From positions 55,384 through 119,383 of the forward strand of contig JAMONY010000011.1 of the NCBI GenBank assembly GCA_027066325.1: 64,000 nucleotides of DNA. The letters run 5' to 3'. The notes below the pieces were generated by a model. That model was not told the origin of the DNA. It made no database searches and saw only the letters and a list, made by a program, of their open reading frames with translations. Both the position numbers and the translations under genes were made by a program. This document shows, piece by piece, positions 39,817-49,851 of this stretch (within the stretch, counting starts at the first letter, position 1; each line of letters begins with the position of its first letter). This DNA comes from Helicobacteraceae bacterium. GTDB taxonomy: Bacteria; Campylobacterota; Campylobacteria; Campylobacterales; Sulfurimonadaceae.

Positions 39817-41118
39817 ATGGCAAGTTCAACAAAGAGTGAAGGTGTATTTGGTCTATGGAGCGCTGTTTTTTTAGGTATAGGCTCTATGGTTGGCGCTGGT
39901 ATCTTTGTTGTTATTGGTCAAGCTGGCGCCATTGCGGGCAATCTAGTCATGATATCTTTTTTGGTTGCAGCACTCATAGCACTTCTTTGTGGATATTCAC
40001 TTAGTAAGTTAGCCATAAGATATCAGAGTCGAGGTGGTATTATTGAGTATCTGGTCCACTCCTATGGCGAAGGTTTTTTCTCTGGTGCACTTGGCATACT
40101 CTTTTATATCGCACAGATCATAGCCCTTGCTGCTGTAGTTAAGGCGTTTGGTACTTATGCGGCAACCTATATGGTCTCAACTGAAGAGGTTTTTTATACT
40201 AATTTGTTTGCATTTTCTATATTGAGTTTTTTTGTTATCATAAATCTCATTGGAGCTTCATTGGTCGCTAGAGCAGAGTCTATTATAGTTGTTGTTAAAC
40301 TTATAGCACTACTGATATTTACTATATCGGCAACTTTTTTTATAGATCTATCAAACTTTAATCCATCACAATCTCCAGCTCCTATGAATCTTCTCTACGC
40401 TCTTGGATTGACTTTTTTTGCTTTTCAGGGCTTTAGTGTTATTACCAATAGTGTAGAACAGATGAGAGATCCATCAAAAACCATGATGCGTTCTATGATG
40501 ATCTCAATTCTTTTAGTTGCTATTTTATACATAGCTGTAACAGTTGCAGTTTTTGGCAATCTCACACTAGATCAGATTATAAAAAGTAAAGATTTTGCAT
40601 TAGCAGAGGCAGCAGAACCCATCTTTGGAGAGCTTGGTTTTAAGATTATGGCAGCAACAGCTCTTTTGGCAACAGCCTCAGCTATTAATGCAACACTATA
40701 TGCAGTGACACAGATAGGTTACACTCTAGCTAAAGATGGAGATCTACCAAAAATATATAGTAAAAATATCTTCAACAATTCTGAAGGTCTTATTATCTCA
40801 GCGCTCCTTATAGTGCCTATGATTTTGTTTTTTGATCTTGGTGAGATCGCCACTCTTGCTTCTATAGTGGTGCTTCTCATACAGGGCTTTACCCATGTCG
40901 GACACCTCTTGATCATTAAGGAGACAGGGGCTAGTATCTTCTTAGTGCTTATGGCAGTACTGGGAACATTTGGCGCTGCTGGCTTTGCGATCTATTATAG
41001 TGCCAAATCTATGGAGTATTTTTGGGCATATATCATCGGTGCATTTGTGTTAGCAGCTATATTGGAGATAGCTTTAAGACTCTACAATAATAGGTCTATA
41101 TCTAAGCAAGTTGCATAA
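39817..41118 (+). CDS. APC superfamily amino acid permease
   Basis: 433 aa, 12 TM helices. N-terminal GIGSMVGAGIFVV motif. Confidence 0.8.
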   Translation: MASSTKSEGVFGLWSAVFLGIGSMVGAGIFVVIGQAGAIAGNLVMISFLVAALIALLCGYSLSKLAIRYQSRGGIIEYLVHSYGEGFFSGALGILFYIAQIIALAAVVKAFGTYAATYMVSTEEVFYTNLFAFSILSFFVIINLIGASLVARAESIIVVVKLIALLIFTISATFFIDLSNFNPSQSPAPMNLLYALGLTFFAFQGFSVITNSVEQMRDPSKTMMRSMMISILLVAILYIAVTVAVFGNLTLDQIIKSKDFALAEAAEPIFGELGFKIMAATALLATASAINATLYAVTQIGYTLAKDGDLPKIYSKNIFNNSEGLIISALLIVPMILFFDLGEIATLASIVVLLIQGFTHVGHLLIIKETGASIFLVLMAVLGTFGAAGFAIYYSAKSMEYFWAYIIGAFVLAAILEIALRLYNNRSISKQVA

Positions 41119-41125
41119 GACCTAG

Positions 41126-43930
41126 CTACAGTTGTGCTAAAAATTCTCCAGTATAGCTTTTTGTCTTTTTGTACTCTTTAGCAACTGCTTCTGGGGTGCC
41201 TTCAGCTATAACTCTACCACCTTTAGCGCCACCTTCTGGTCCTAAGTCTATGAGGTAATCCGCATTTTTTACAAGCTCTAAATTGTGCTCTATAACAAGA
41301 ACTGAGTTCTTAAGATCTACTAGATGTTGAAGTACTTTAGCAAGACGATCAACATCAGCAAAGTGCAGCCCTGTAGTAGGCTCATCTAGTATGTATAGAG
41401 TCTTACCTGTATCTTTACGACTTAGCTCTTTTGAGAGCTTGATGCGCTGAGCTTCACCTCCTGAGAGAGTGGTGGCATTTTGTCCTAGTGTTATATATCC
41501 TAGCCCTACATCGCTTAGAGTCTGGAGCTTAACTTTAATACGAGGGATCGATTCAAAAAACTTTAACGCTTCATCTACGCTCATCTTGAGTACATCAGCT
41601 ATGTTTTTGCCTCTATATAGCACCTCTAGTGTCTGCGTATTGTAGCGTGAACCGTGACAGCTATCGCAGTTGACTAGTATGTCTGGTAGAAAGTGCATCT
41701 CGATCTTGATCTCACCTTCACCTTGACAGTTTTCACATCTTCCACCTTTGACATTAAAGCTAAATCTAGAGTTGGTGTAGCCTCTTAGTTGTGACTCTTT
41801 TGTCTTGGCAAAGAGCGCTCTAAGCTCATCCATCATTCCGGTGTATGTAGCTGGATTTGATCTTGGAGTTCTACCTATTGGGCTTTGATCAAGATAGATC
41901 ACTTTATCTAGCATCTCAAGACCATCTATGCTCACACCAGCTACTTTGTCTACTTTGCGCGCATTGTTTAGCAACTCTCTTGCAACTGGAAGTAGCGTCT
42001 GAAGTATGAGCGAACTTTTGCCGCTACCGCTTACGCCAGTGACACAGACTAGGTTTTGTAGCGGTATCTGCACGCTTAGATTCTCTATGTTGTTGATAGT
42101 CACATTGTTGATTTTGATAAAATGCTCTTGAGCTCTATGGCGTTGATAATCTATATCTTTTTTACCTGTCATATAGTCTGCTGTTAGAGTTTTGGAGCGC
42201 AGCAGCTGTTTTAGTGTACCGCTAAAGACTATCTCCCCACCATACTTTCCAGCACCTGGACCTATGTCTATAATGTAGTCTGCTGAGCTTATAGTCTCTT
42301 TGTCATGCTCTACTACTATGACGGTATTGCCTTTAGCCTGTAGTGATCTTAGTGTACGAATAAGCTTTAATGTATCTCTCTCGTGTAGTCCAATGCTTGG
42401 CTCATCTAGCACATACATCACTCCAGTAAGCCCACTACCTATCTGTGAAGCTATACGGATGCGTTGTGCCTCTCCGCCACTTATGCTTCTAGCATCACGA
42501 CTAAGGGTTAGGTAGCCAAGACCTACATCTTGCAAAAAGAAGAGTCTCTCTCTAATCTCTTGTAGTATAGGTGCTGCTATAAGACTCTCTTGCTCGTTTA
42601 ATTTGGCAAAAGTTTGAGTATCTTGAAACCATAGATTTGTATTTTCAATGCTAGAGCTTATGAGTTCTCCGATATTTTTACCACATACATCAACTGCTAG
42701 ACTCTCTTTGCGTAGTCTGTGTGAGCCACATACATCACAACTTTTTTCGCTCATAAAGTCTGCTAAATCTTTCTCATTTTTATACATATCATACGCTATG
42801 CGTACCACTCCAGGCCAAACTCTTTTGATGGGGTGATTTTTCCACTTAAACTCAACCTCTGTCACGCTGCCATGAAGTATAGCTTTTTTCTGATGCTCTT
42901 CTAGTTCTACAAAAGGTATACTAGTGTCTATATCAATAGCTTTGCAAAACCCTTTTAAAAATGTAAAAAAGTAACTTTTGTTAAAACCAAATAGTATCTT
43001 GACAGCACCTTTTTCTATGCTTAATTCTTGATTGATAATCTTCTCATGGTCTAGCGTGTAGCGAATACCCAGTCCATCACACTCACTACAAGCACCTTTA
43101 GGGGAGTTAAACGAGAAGCTAAGTGGCTCTAGCGCATCAAAACTTACTTTGCAGTCAAAGCATGCATTATGTTCACTGTAGTGAAGGTGTTGCTCTTTTA
43201 TATCAAGCTCATCATGGTTTAGTATCTCTATCTCTAGTTCGCCATAGCTCTCTTTTAGAGCTCTCTCAACATCTAGCGCTATACGCTCTTTGCTTGAATC
43301 TTTCAATACTACTCTGTCTACTATAACTTTAATAGTATGTTTTTTGCTCTTGCTAAGCTCAAACTCCTCATCAAGACGGACAACAACACCATCAATCATG
43401 GCACGCACAAACCCTCTGTGTCGGAGTGACTCTAACATGTCTGTGAATGTACCTTTTTTTTCACGAACAAGTGGCGCTAAGATTATCAGTTTTGCACCTA
43501 CTGGTAGTTTAAGAACTTGATCTATGATGTCAGAGGCGCTCATTTTAGAGATCTTTTTTGAACATAAGTGACAGTGCTGTATGCCTATGCGTGCATATAG
43601 AAGCCTAAAGTAGTCATATATCTCCGTGATAGTTCCTACAGTTGAGCGTGGATTTTTTGATGTTGTCTTCTGGTCAATCGCTATAGCTGGTGTAAGACCC
43701 TCTATCTTCTCTACATCTGGTTTGCCAATACGGTCTAAAAACTGCCTAGCATAGCTAGATAGAGATTCGATATATCGACGCTGCCCCTCTGCATAGAGCG
43801 TATCAAATGCTAGTGTAGACTTACCAGATCCGCTAAGTCCTGTGCAGACAATAAGCTTATTTTTTGGTATCTCTAGGGAGATATTTTTAAGATTGTGCTC
43901 TTTTGCACCTTTGATGATGATCTTATCCAT
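41126..43930 (-). CDS. uvrA: Excinuclease ABC subunit A
   Basis: 934 aa. Two ABC modules (GLSGSGKSTLAFDT, GVSGSGKSSL) and Zn-finger Cys clusters. Confidence 0.97.
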   Translation of the reverse strand: MDKIIIKGAKEHNLKNISLEIPKNKLIVCTGLSGSGKSTLAFDTLYAEGQRRYIESLSSYARQFLDRIGKPDVEKIEGLTPAIAIDQKTTSKNPRSTVGTITEIYDYFRLLYARIGIQHCHLCSKKISKMSASDIIDQVLKLPVGAKLIILAPLVREKKGTFTDMLESLRHRGFVRAMIDGVVVRLDEEFELSKSKKHTIKVIVDRVVLKDSSKERIALDVERALKESYGELEIEILNHDELDIKEQHLHYSEHNACFDCKVSFDALEPLSFSFNSPKGACSECDGLGIRYTLDHEKIINQELSIEKGAVKILFGFNKSYFFTFLKGFCKAIDIDTSIPFVELEEHQKKAILHGSVTEVEFKWKNHPIKRVWPGVVRIAYDMYKNEKDLADFMSEKSCDVCGSHRLRKESLAVDVCGKNIGELISSSIENTNLWFQDTQTFAKLNEQESLIAAPILQEIRERLFFLQDVGLGYLTLSRDARSISGGEAQRIRIASQIGSGLTGVMYVLDEPSIGLHERDTLKLIRTLRSLQAKGNTVIVVEHDKETISSADYIIDIGPGAGKYGGEIVFSGTLKQLLRSKTLTADYMTGKKDIDYQRHRAQEHFIKINNVTINNIENLSVQIPLQNLVCVTGVSGSGKSSLILQTLLPVARELLNNARKVDKVAGVSIDGLEMLDKVIYLDQSPIGRTPRSNPATYTGMMDELRALFAKTKESQLRGYTNSRFSFNVKGGRCENCQGEGEIKIEMHFLPDILVNCDSCHGSRYNTQTLEVLYRGKNIADVLKMSVDEALKFFESIPRIKVKLQTLSDVGLGYITLGQNATTLSGGEAQRIKLSKELSRKDTGKTLYILDEPTTGLHFADVDRLAKVLQHLVDLKNSVLVIEHNLELVKNADYLIDLGPEGGAKGGRVIAEGTPEAVAKEYKKTKSYTGEFLAQL

Positions 43931-44663
43931 TTGTAACCACTCTGTATATGAAATATGTTATAACAACTATGTAAAACAGTATAAGGTATAGCCTGTGTTG
44001 TCTACTGCTAGTAGTCTCTAAAAGTCGTATGCCACCATAGACACCAACTGCTGCTGCCAAAGCAACTATGATAGCACTTTGGTAATCTATGTGAGCATGA
44101 AAACTCATACTGATGAGCCCAGATATAGATGCTACCATAACAAAAAATAGACCAATAGGTATAGCTTTTTTGATATCAACACCAAAAAAACCGACCAATA
44201 TAGGTACTAGTAGTATAGAGCCACCAACACCTATGGAGATACTTGCTACTCCAAGAAGTAGACCAACTGCAAATAGTATAGCGGGGTTTATAGCATAGGA
44301 GGGCTTAACATTAACCTGTGTTGTGTTGATTAACATACGCCATAATGCAAAGATTAAAAATCCTATAAAAGCGTACTCAAGTGTAGCTGGTGAGAGCATC
44401 TTTACAAGCGTGCCACTACATAGTGCACCAGTTGCTCCACCAATAGAGACCGGTATAGCAATACGCAGATAGATACCTGTGCGTTTATGGTTTAGGTATG
44501 TGCCAAAAGATGAGCTAAGAGCCATCTGTGCTACACTGATACCAATAGCACTTTTTATATCAAAACCCAACATTAGAAGTGCTGGCACAAGTACTGCACC
44601 ACCACCAATGCCAAAAAAGCCAGAAAAAATACCCGCTATAAGACCAAGTAGAAGTAGCTCTAT
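43923..44663 (-). CDS. TauE/SafE family sulfite/anion exporter; start codon unresolved (ATA at 44663?)
   Basis: The track ORF starts at the GTG at 44588. The same frame is open up to 44672 and encodes IELLLLGLIAGIFSGFFGIGGGAVLVP, the family's conserved TM1 motif. Confidence 0.7.
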   Translation of the reverse strand: MELLLLGLIAGIFSGFFGIGGGAVLVPALLMLGFDIKSAIGISVAQMALSSSFGTYLNHKRTGIYLRIAIPVSIGGATGALCSGTLVKMLSPATLEYAFIGFLIFALWRMLINTTQVNVKPSYAINPAILFAVGLLLGVASISIGVGGSILLVPILVGFFGVDIKKAIPIGLFFVMVASISGLISMSFHAHIDYQSAIIVALAAAVGVYGGIRLLETTSSRQHRLYLILFYIVVITYFIYRVVTNG

Positions 44664-44667
44664 AGGA

Positions 44668-45366
44668 CTACTTTATGTTCGATAGATATATGGCTATAGC
44701 CTCTAAATCAGCATCACTTAGCCCAACAACATTGCCCTTCATAACCATACCCATGCCCGAGACATTGCGTGTACCATCTTTGTAGGCATTTAGTGATGAT
44801 ATGAGAGTCTGCTTATCTTGAGATGCAATAATAGCAGATTTATTTAATGCTTTCTTTTTACCATCTTTACCATGGCATCCAACACACTTCTTATATGCAT
44901 CTGGCATATCATTAGAGTCGGTTTTTTCAGCTGTAGCTGTAGATGTTCTAGCTTTAGCATTACCTTGAGTATCTGTTGATATCAGTTTATCTGCTGTATC
45001 TTCTACGCTATCTTTGATCGATGTAGCTGTATTTACAATCTGCTCTTTTGCATCTTTTGCTGTATCAACTACTTTTTCTTGAACTAGCTCACTAGCATTA
45101 ACAACCTCTTCTTTAGCTTCTTGTAACTTAGAGACCGCTTTGTCTCCTAGCTCTTCAGTAGTCTGTTGAACACTTTTAGTAACCTCTTGAATGCCATCGG
45201 TGATACTAGATGTATCAGTACCTTCTTGCATTTTCGACCCAACTGCACTCTGTTGTTGAGAAACTACCTCTGTTTTAGTTGCTGCAGACTCTTGTGAGTT
45301 GTCACTACATGCCGACAAAAATAGTGTAGCTGCTGCTACTGTAGATATCAATATAGATCTTTTCAT
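44668..45366 (-). CDS. Lipoprotein c-type cytochrome (c553-like domain on a long repetitive linker)
   Basis: 232 aa. Lipobox FLSAC, a low-complexity K/E/T/V-rich linker of about 130 aa, and C-terminal CVGCH with a Met-rich distal ligand region (GMGMVM). Confidence 0.8.
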   Translation of the reverse strand: MKRSILISTVAAATLFLSACSDNSQESAATKTEVVSQQQSAVGSKMQEGTDTSSITDGIQEVTKSVQQTTEELGDKAVSKLQEAKEEVVNASELVQEKVVDTAKDAKEQIVNTATSIKDSVEDTADKLISTDTQGNAKARTSTATAEKTDSNDMPDAYKKCVGCHGKDGKKKALNKSAIIASQDKQTLISSLNAYKDGTRNVSGMGMVMKGNVVGLSDADLEAIAIYLSNIK

Positions 45367-45416
45367 GTTACCACCTTGATTTAAAGTTGCGTATTATACT
45401 ATCTATTTCATAAAAG

Positions 45417-45824
45417 TTAGATTGGTGAATTTAGAGCTGATGTGAGCCATCTGTCCAGTATGATCTTAGCTGCTAGTGAGTCAACTCTGCCATCACGAAT
45501 AGCTCTCATCTTTCCCTTGAATAACTCTTCTGCTTCTATAGAGCTCTCATTTTCATCTTGATATATCACTTTGGCATCAAAGTTTACAAGTGTTAAAAAG
45601 TGCGTTATTCTGCGTCTCATAACCTCTTCGCTATCACCTCCCATAGGTACTCCTATGACAATGGTCTTAATCTCCCAATACTCTAATATTTTCCTAAGCT
45701 CTGCTGCTGCTTGGTTGCGATTTTTACGCTCTATGGCAGGTAGTGGGGTGGTAAATGAGCCATCTGCACTATAGGCTAAGCCGATTCTCTTTAGACCAAG
45801 ATCTATAGCTATGATTTTATCCAT
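45417..45824 (-). CDS. ruvX: Holliday junction resolvase-like / pre-16S rRNA nuclease YqgF
   Basis: 135 aa. IIAIDLGLKRIGLA N-terminus and an RNase H-like fold pattern. Confidence 0.88.
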   Translation of the reverse strand: MDKIIAIDLGLKRIGLAYSADGSFTTPLPAIERKNRNQAAAELRKILEYWEIKTIVIGVPMGGDSEEVMRRRITHFLTLVNFDAKVIYQDENESSIEAEELFKGKMRAIRDGRVDSLAAKIILDRWLTSALNSPI

Positions 45825-45830
45825 AATTAT

Positions 45831-47165
45831 CTATTTACCAAGACAGAAGTTGCTAAACATCTTGTCTAACATCTCATCATTATCAAATTGTTTAGTAATA
45901 GACGACATGGCTTCAATTGCTGCGTGTATATGAAAAGAGAATAGTTCAAGTTCACCATGCTCAAGCTGTTTTTGAGCAAGATCTATCTCGTCTGTAGCTT
46001 TTTGCATAGCACTTACTTGTCGTAGTGAGACAAGCATTGTCTCATCTGAGCAGGTCTGATCATCTAGTATCTGCTCTAATTTATCAATAAGAGCAGATAT
46101 GTTATGTTTGCAGCTAATGTTTAAGAAGTTGCTATTTTGATCTAGATCTGTCTGTTTAGCTAGATCACTTTTGTTTAAAACTTTGATAGTTATAGTCTCA
46201 TCTAAGCTCTTTAAAAATTCAATAATCTCTTTGTCGTTATCATCAGTAGGTGAGGATGCATCAAATAGAGCTATGATGATATCTGACTCCCTTGCAGACT
46301 CTATGGAGCGCTGTATGCCAATAGACTCTATCTCATCACTACTGTCTCTAATACCTGCTGTATCTATGATGCGTACAAGATACCCTTTTATATACAGCTC
46401 CTCCTCTATAGTGTCTCTTGTAGTGCCAGCAACCGTAGATACAATGGCACGATTGTAGTCTAGAAGAGCATTTAAGAGAGAGCTTTTACCCACATTGGGC
46501 TTGCCTATGATACTGACTTTGAAACCATTCATCACACCTTCACGCCGCTTACTGCTCTGCACCGTTTTTTGTAGATGCTGCTGTAGTGTAGATAGGCGTT
46601 TGGACATTTGAGCTACAATATCTAAGGGCAGATCCTCCTCTGCATAGTCTATGTTGACTTCTGAGTAGGCTAGAAGTTCTAGTAGTTGATCTTTGCTGCT
46701 GTTGACAAAGTTACCTAAGGAGCCTTTGAGTTGACGCACCAAAACTTTGGCAGCGTTTTCGCTTTTTGCATTTATGAGGTTAGCAATTGATTCTGCTTGT
46801 GATAGATCGATGCGATTTAGTAAGTATGCACGCTTAGTGAACTCACCAGCTGTTGCAAGTCTTGCACCAAGATCAAGAACTCTTGAGACTACAGATCTAG
46901 CAACAATAACTCCACCATGGCACTGAAACTCAACAACATCCTCTCCAGTAAAACTATGTGGAGATTTGAAGTAGATAACTATAGCTTCATCAAGCGTAGT
47001 GTTATCATCTGCATAAAGAGACAATAGGTGTGCATATCGTGGTTTAAAGGTGTGGTATTGAGTGATCTTTTGGGCTATCTGTAAAGCATCTACTCCGCTA
47101 AGGCGTACTATCGCTATAGAGCCTTGTCCAGGCGCCGTAGCAATAGCAACAATACTATCTCTCAT
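45831..47165 (-). CDS. mnmE: tRNA modification GTPase
   Basis: 444 aa. G1 GKPNVGKSS, DTAGIR and the C-terminal CLGK motif. Confidence 0.95.
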   Translation of the reverse strand: MRDSIVAIATAPGQGSIAIVRLSGVDALQIAQKITQYHTFKPRYAHLLSLYADDNTTLDEAIVIYFKSPHSFTGEDVVEFQCHGGVIVARSVVSRVLDLGARLATAGEFTKRAYLLNRIDLSQAESIANLINAKSENAAKVLVRQLKGSLGNFVNSSKDQLLELLAYSEVNIDYAEEDLPLDIVAQMSKRLSTLQQHLQKTVQSSKRREGVMNGFKVSIIGKPNVGKSSLLNALLDYNRAIVSTVAGTTRDTIEEELYIKGYLVRIIDTAGIRDSSDEIESIGIQRSIESARESDIIIALFDASSPTDDNDKEIIEFLKSLDETITIKVLNKSDLAKQTDLDQNSNFLNISCKHNISALIDKLEQILDDQTCSDETMLVSLRQVSAMQKATDEIDLAQKQLEHGELELFSFHIHAAIEAMSSITKQFDNDEMLDKMFSNFCLGK

Positions 47166-47166
47166 A

Positions 47167-47910
47167 TTAGTGAGTGTGGTAGTCGTTTATGATAATATAT
47201 TTCTCACCATCTCTAGTAGAGCGTACAGCAACATATTTATCATAATACCTCTCTCTTAGTCTTCGTAACGCAATCTGCACTAAGACGCCGTCCAATATTT
47301 TTGTTTGAGCTGAACCATCGTTGTCTACAGAGTCATAAACACTCTCTAAGTACCGCTCTATAGACTCCTCTTGGTTTTGTAAAAACTCTGCTATCTCTAG
47401 CCTGATCTGTACTTGGTATGTGCTGTTTATCCAGTTGAAAAGTATATATGACATAGCTTTATAGCGATACCCCTCCTTACCAATAAGGAGCGCAACATCA
47501 TCACCATTAAACTTAATGAGTAGAGTATTGTTATCATAAACATCAACTTCTATCTCATCTATCTTGTAGCAGAGCTTTAAAAATAGCTCATTGATCTGTG
47601 TTTTAACTTCTGATGCTATTTGGTATATGCTCTCATCATACTGCACAGGTTCATCATATTCGCCATCATCATATTTGTCATCATCTTCAAGATCATCTAG
47701 CGCATAGTCTGTTTTATCTTCTTTCTCTCTTGTCTCTTGTATCTCATGACGCTCTTTTACAACGATAATGGCATTTTTTGAAAATAGACCAAAAATCCCT
47801 TTTGTAGGCTGTTGTGTTATGACAATATCTAGCGCTGTGATCGATACCTTAAACTCATTGGCGGCAATTATATACGCCTCTTCAAGCGTAGATGCTTCTA
47901 TCTTTTTCAC
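47167..47910 (-). CDS. jag: Jag/KhpB-type RNA-binding protein (Jag_N, KH, R3H)
   Basis: 247 aa. Conserved position between yidC and mnmE, with an acidic linker. Confidence 0.75.
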   Translation of the reverse strand: MKKIEASTLEEAYIIAANEFKVSITALDIVITQQPTKGIFGLFSKNAIIVVKERHEIQETREKEDKTDYALDDLEDDDKYDDGEYDEPVQYDESIYQIASEVKTQINELFLKLCYKIDEIEVDVYDNNTLLIKFNGDDVALLIGKEGYRYKAMSYILFNWINSTYQVQIRLEIAEFLQNQEESIERYLESVYDSVDNDGSAQTKILDGVLVQIALRRLRERYYDKYVAVRSTRDGEKYIIINDYHTH

Positions 47911-49523
47911 TACTTATCCTTTTTAGATAGCTCTTGTGTAGCTTCTGCAACTTTAAGTTTTGCTGCTCCATGCTGCTTGTTGACAACAAACTGTTGTGCA
48001 ATTGAGAGCAGGTTGTTTACAAACCAGTACAGAACCAAACCAGCTGGAAATGTTATAAAGAAGAAGGTAAAAATGATAGGAAGATAGCTAAATATCTTCT
48101 CTTGAAGTGGATCTGTGAAGTTGTTTGGTGTAATCTTCTGCTGATAGTACATAGATGCACCCATTAAGATTGGTAAGATAAAGTATGGATCCATTCTCGA
48201 TAGATCGTCTATCCAAAATATCCATGGCGCACCCTGTAGCTCTACAGCATTAAGAAGCACACGATAGACTGCAAAAAATACTGGTATCTGTAGCAACATC
48301 GGAAGACATCCGCCAAATGGATTTGCACCATGTTTTCGATATAGCTCCATAGTAGCAGCATTCATACGCTGAGGATCACCTTTGTGTTTCTCACGAAGCT
48401 CTTTCATTTTTGGCGCTAGATCTTTTAGCTTTGCCATGGAGAGCATGCCTTTTTGTGTGAGAGGGAACAAGACTATGCGTAGTAAGATAACAAGTACTAC
48501 TATCGACCAGCCCCAGTTTCCAAGTAGATTGTGTAGCCATAGTAGAACTATAAAGAGTGGCTTGGCTGCAAAAGTGAACCAACCAAACTCTATGGCATTT
48601 ACTAGTTCAGGCTCTATGCTCTTTAGTAGCTCATAATCCTTTGGTCCAACATACCCCTTAAACTCAATAGAGTTGTCAAGTTCAAGATATGCTGCTGGAT
48701 TATCATCTCTATCACGGTCAATATTGACAATAGTATCACTACCAAAATCATAAAATATAGACGCAAAGTATTGATCAAATGCAGACAATAACACAACATC
48801 ACGATAGGTAGTTCTACCCTCAACATCACCATCTTCAAAGATATTTGCAACTTCTGCTCTATCGTATGCCATTACACCTTGAAGAGCCATCATCATCTGA
48901 TTTTTATGCTCCGCATGCTGTCCTACATAGAGAAAGTAGCGTGTAGGCTTAGAGAGTTGTACAGCTACATCATACTGACCATTTGAGTAGAATGTGACTG
49001 TTTTAGTAACTGTTAGATCTGGAAGTCTTTGTGTTAAGATAACTTGAGCACTATTTGACTCAGTGAGTGTGATCTTGTCAACATTACTACTATATGCTGT
49101 TTTAAGTGCCGCCTCATTCAGTTGGTCATCGGCAAAACGGATATAAAGTGGTTGAGCGCCAGTCTGTGCGATAAGCTCAATTGGCTTGTCGTCAATATAG
49201 TACTTTTCATCTTTCAGTATTTTAGAACTTATGCGACCTAGTGTGTCTATCTTAAGTGAAAAGTGCTCTGAGTCGATAGAGCTTAAAATGGTAGCCTCTT
49301 TGTTGACTACTCTCTCATCACTCAATATATTGTGACCAGCTTGAGCTACTGATGCACCCTCTGTGTTTTGGTTGGTTGTAGCAAGAGACTGTACAGCAGT
49401 AGTGTTGTTTTGCTCTTCTGAGAGTTTTGCTGGCGGAAATATTGCAGTGTAAGCTACAAAAAAGATGATTGATAGTGAAACAGCTAAGATTAGCCTCGTG
49501 TTTGCGCTCATATTTTCTAGCAC
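47910..49523 (-). CDS. yidC: Membrane protein insertase YidC
   Basis: 537 aa. N-terminal TM, large periplasmic domain, and a conserved C-terminal 5-TM core (GCLPMLLQIPVFFA). Confidence 0.95.
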   Translation of the reverse strand: MLENMSANTRLILAVSLSIIFFVAYTAIFPPAKLSEEQNNTTAVQSLATTNQNTEGASVAQAGHNILSDERVVNKEATILSSIDSEHFSLKIDTLGRISSKILKDEKYYIDDKPIELIAQTGAQPLYIRFADDQLNEAALKTAYSSNVDKITLTESNSAQVILTQRLPDLTVTKTVTFYSNGQYDVAVQLSKPTRYFLYVGQHAEHKNQMMMALQGVMAYDRAEVANIFEDGDVEGRTTYRDVVLLSAFDQYFASIFYDFGSDTIVNIDRDRDDNPAAYLELDNSIEFKGYVGPKDYELLKSIEPELVNAIEFGWFTFAAKPLFIVLLWLHNLLGNWGWSIVVLVILLRIVLFPLTQKGMLSMAKLKDLAPKMKELREKHKGDPQRMNAATMELYRKHGANPFGGCLPMLLQIPVFFAVYRVLLNAVELQGAPWIFWIDDLSRMDPYFILPILMGASMYYQQKITPNNFTDPLQEKIFSYLPIIFTFFFITFPAGLVLYWFVNNLLSIAQQFVVNKQHGAAKLKVAEATQELSKKDK

Positions 49524-49524
49524 T

Positions 49525-49851
49525 TTATAAACCTTTATAAGAGAAATTTTTAATCAGATAAAACTCTTTGTTGGAGTCTGGAATCAACCAGTATTTTATC
49601 TGATCTATATTTAAATTATGTACTTTTTTTTCTATTTTGGTGACTTTGACATAATCTATCCCGCCACGAAACATCTGATTGCAACTCAATATCCGTACTG
49701 TTGAGCGTAAAAATGCATAGATAAGAGAGTTCTGCTCAAACTGCTGCTTGGTGTACTCTGAGCATGTAGGATAGTAGCGACAACTTCCATAGCTTAGGAG
49801 TGTAAAAAAACGCTGATACAACCATAGAAGTTTTAAGATTAAAGCTCTTAT
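49525..49851 (-). CDS. yidD: Membrane protein insertion efficiency factor YidD; start unresolved (ATA at 49851 vs TTG at 49821)
   Basis: LYQRFF..SCRYYPTCSEY is the family motif. The frame is open upstream and encodes RALILKLLW before the first canonical start. Confidence 0.8.
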   Translation of the reverse strand: MRALILKLLWLYQRFFTLLSYGSCRYYPTCSEYTKQQFEQNSLIYAFLRSTVRILSCNQMFRGGIDYVKVTKIEKKVHNLNIDQIKYWLIPDSNKEFYLIKNFSYKGL

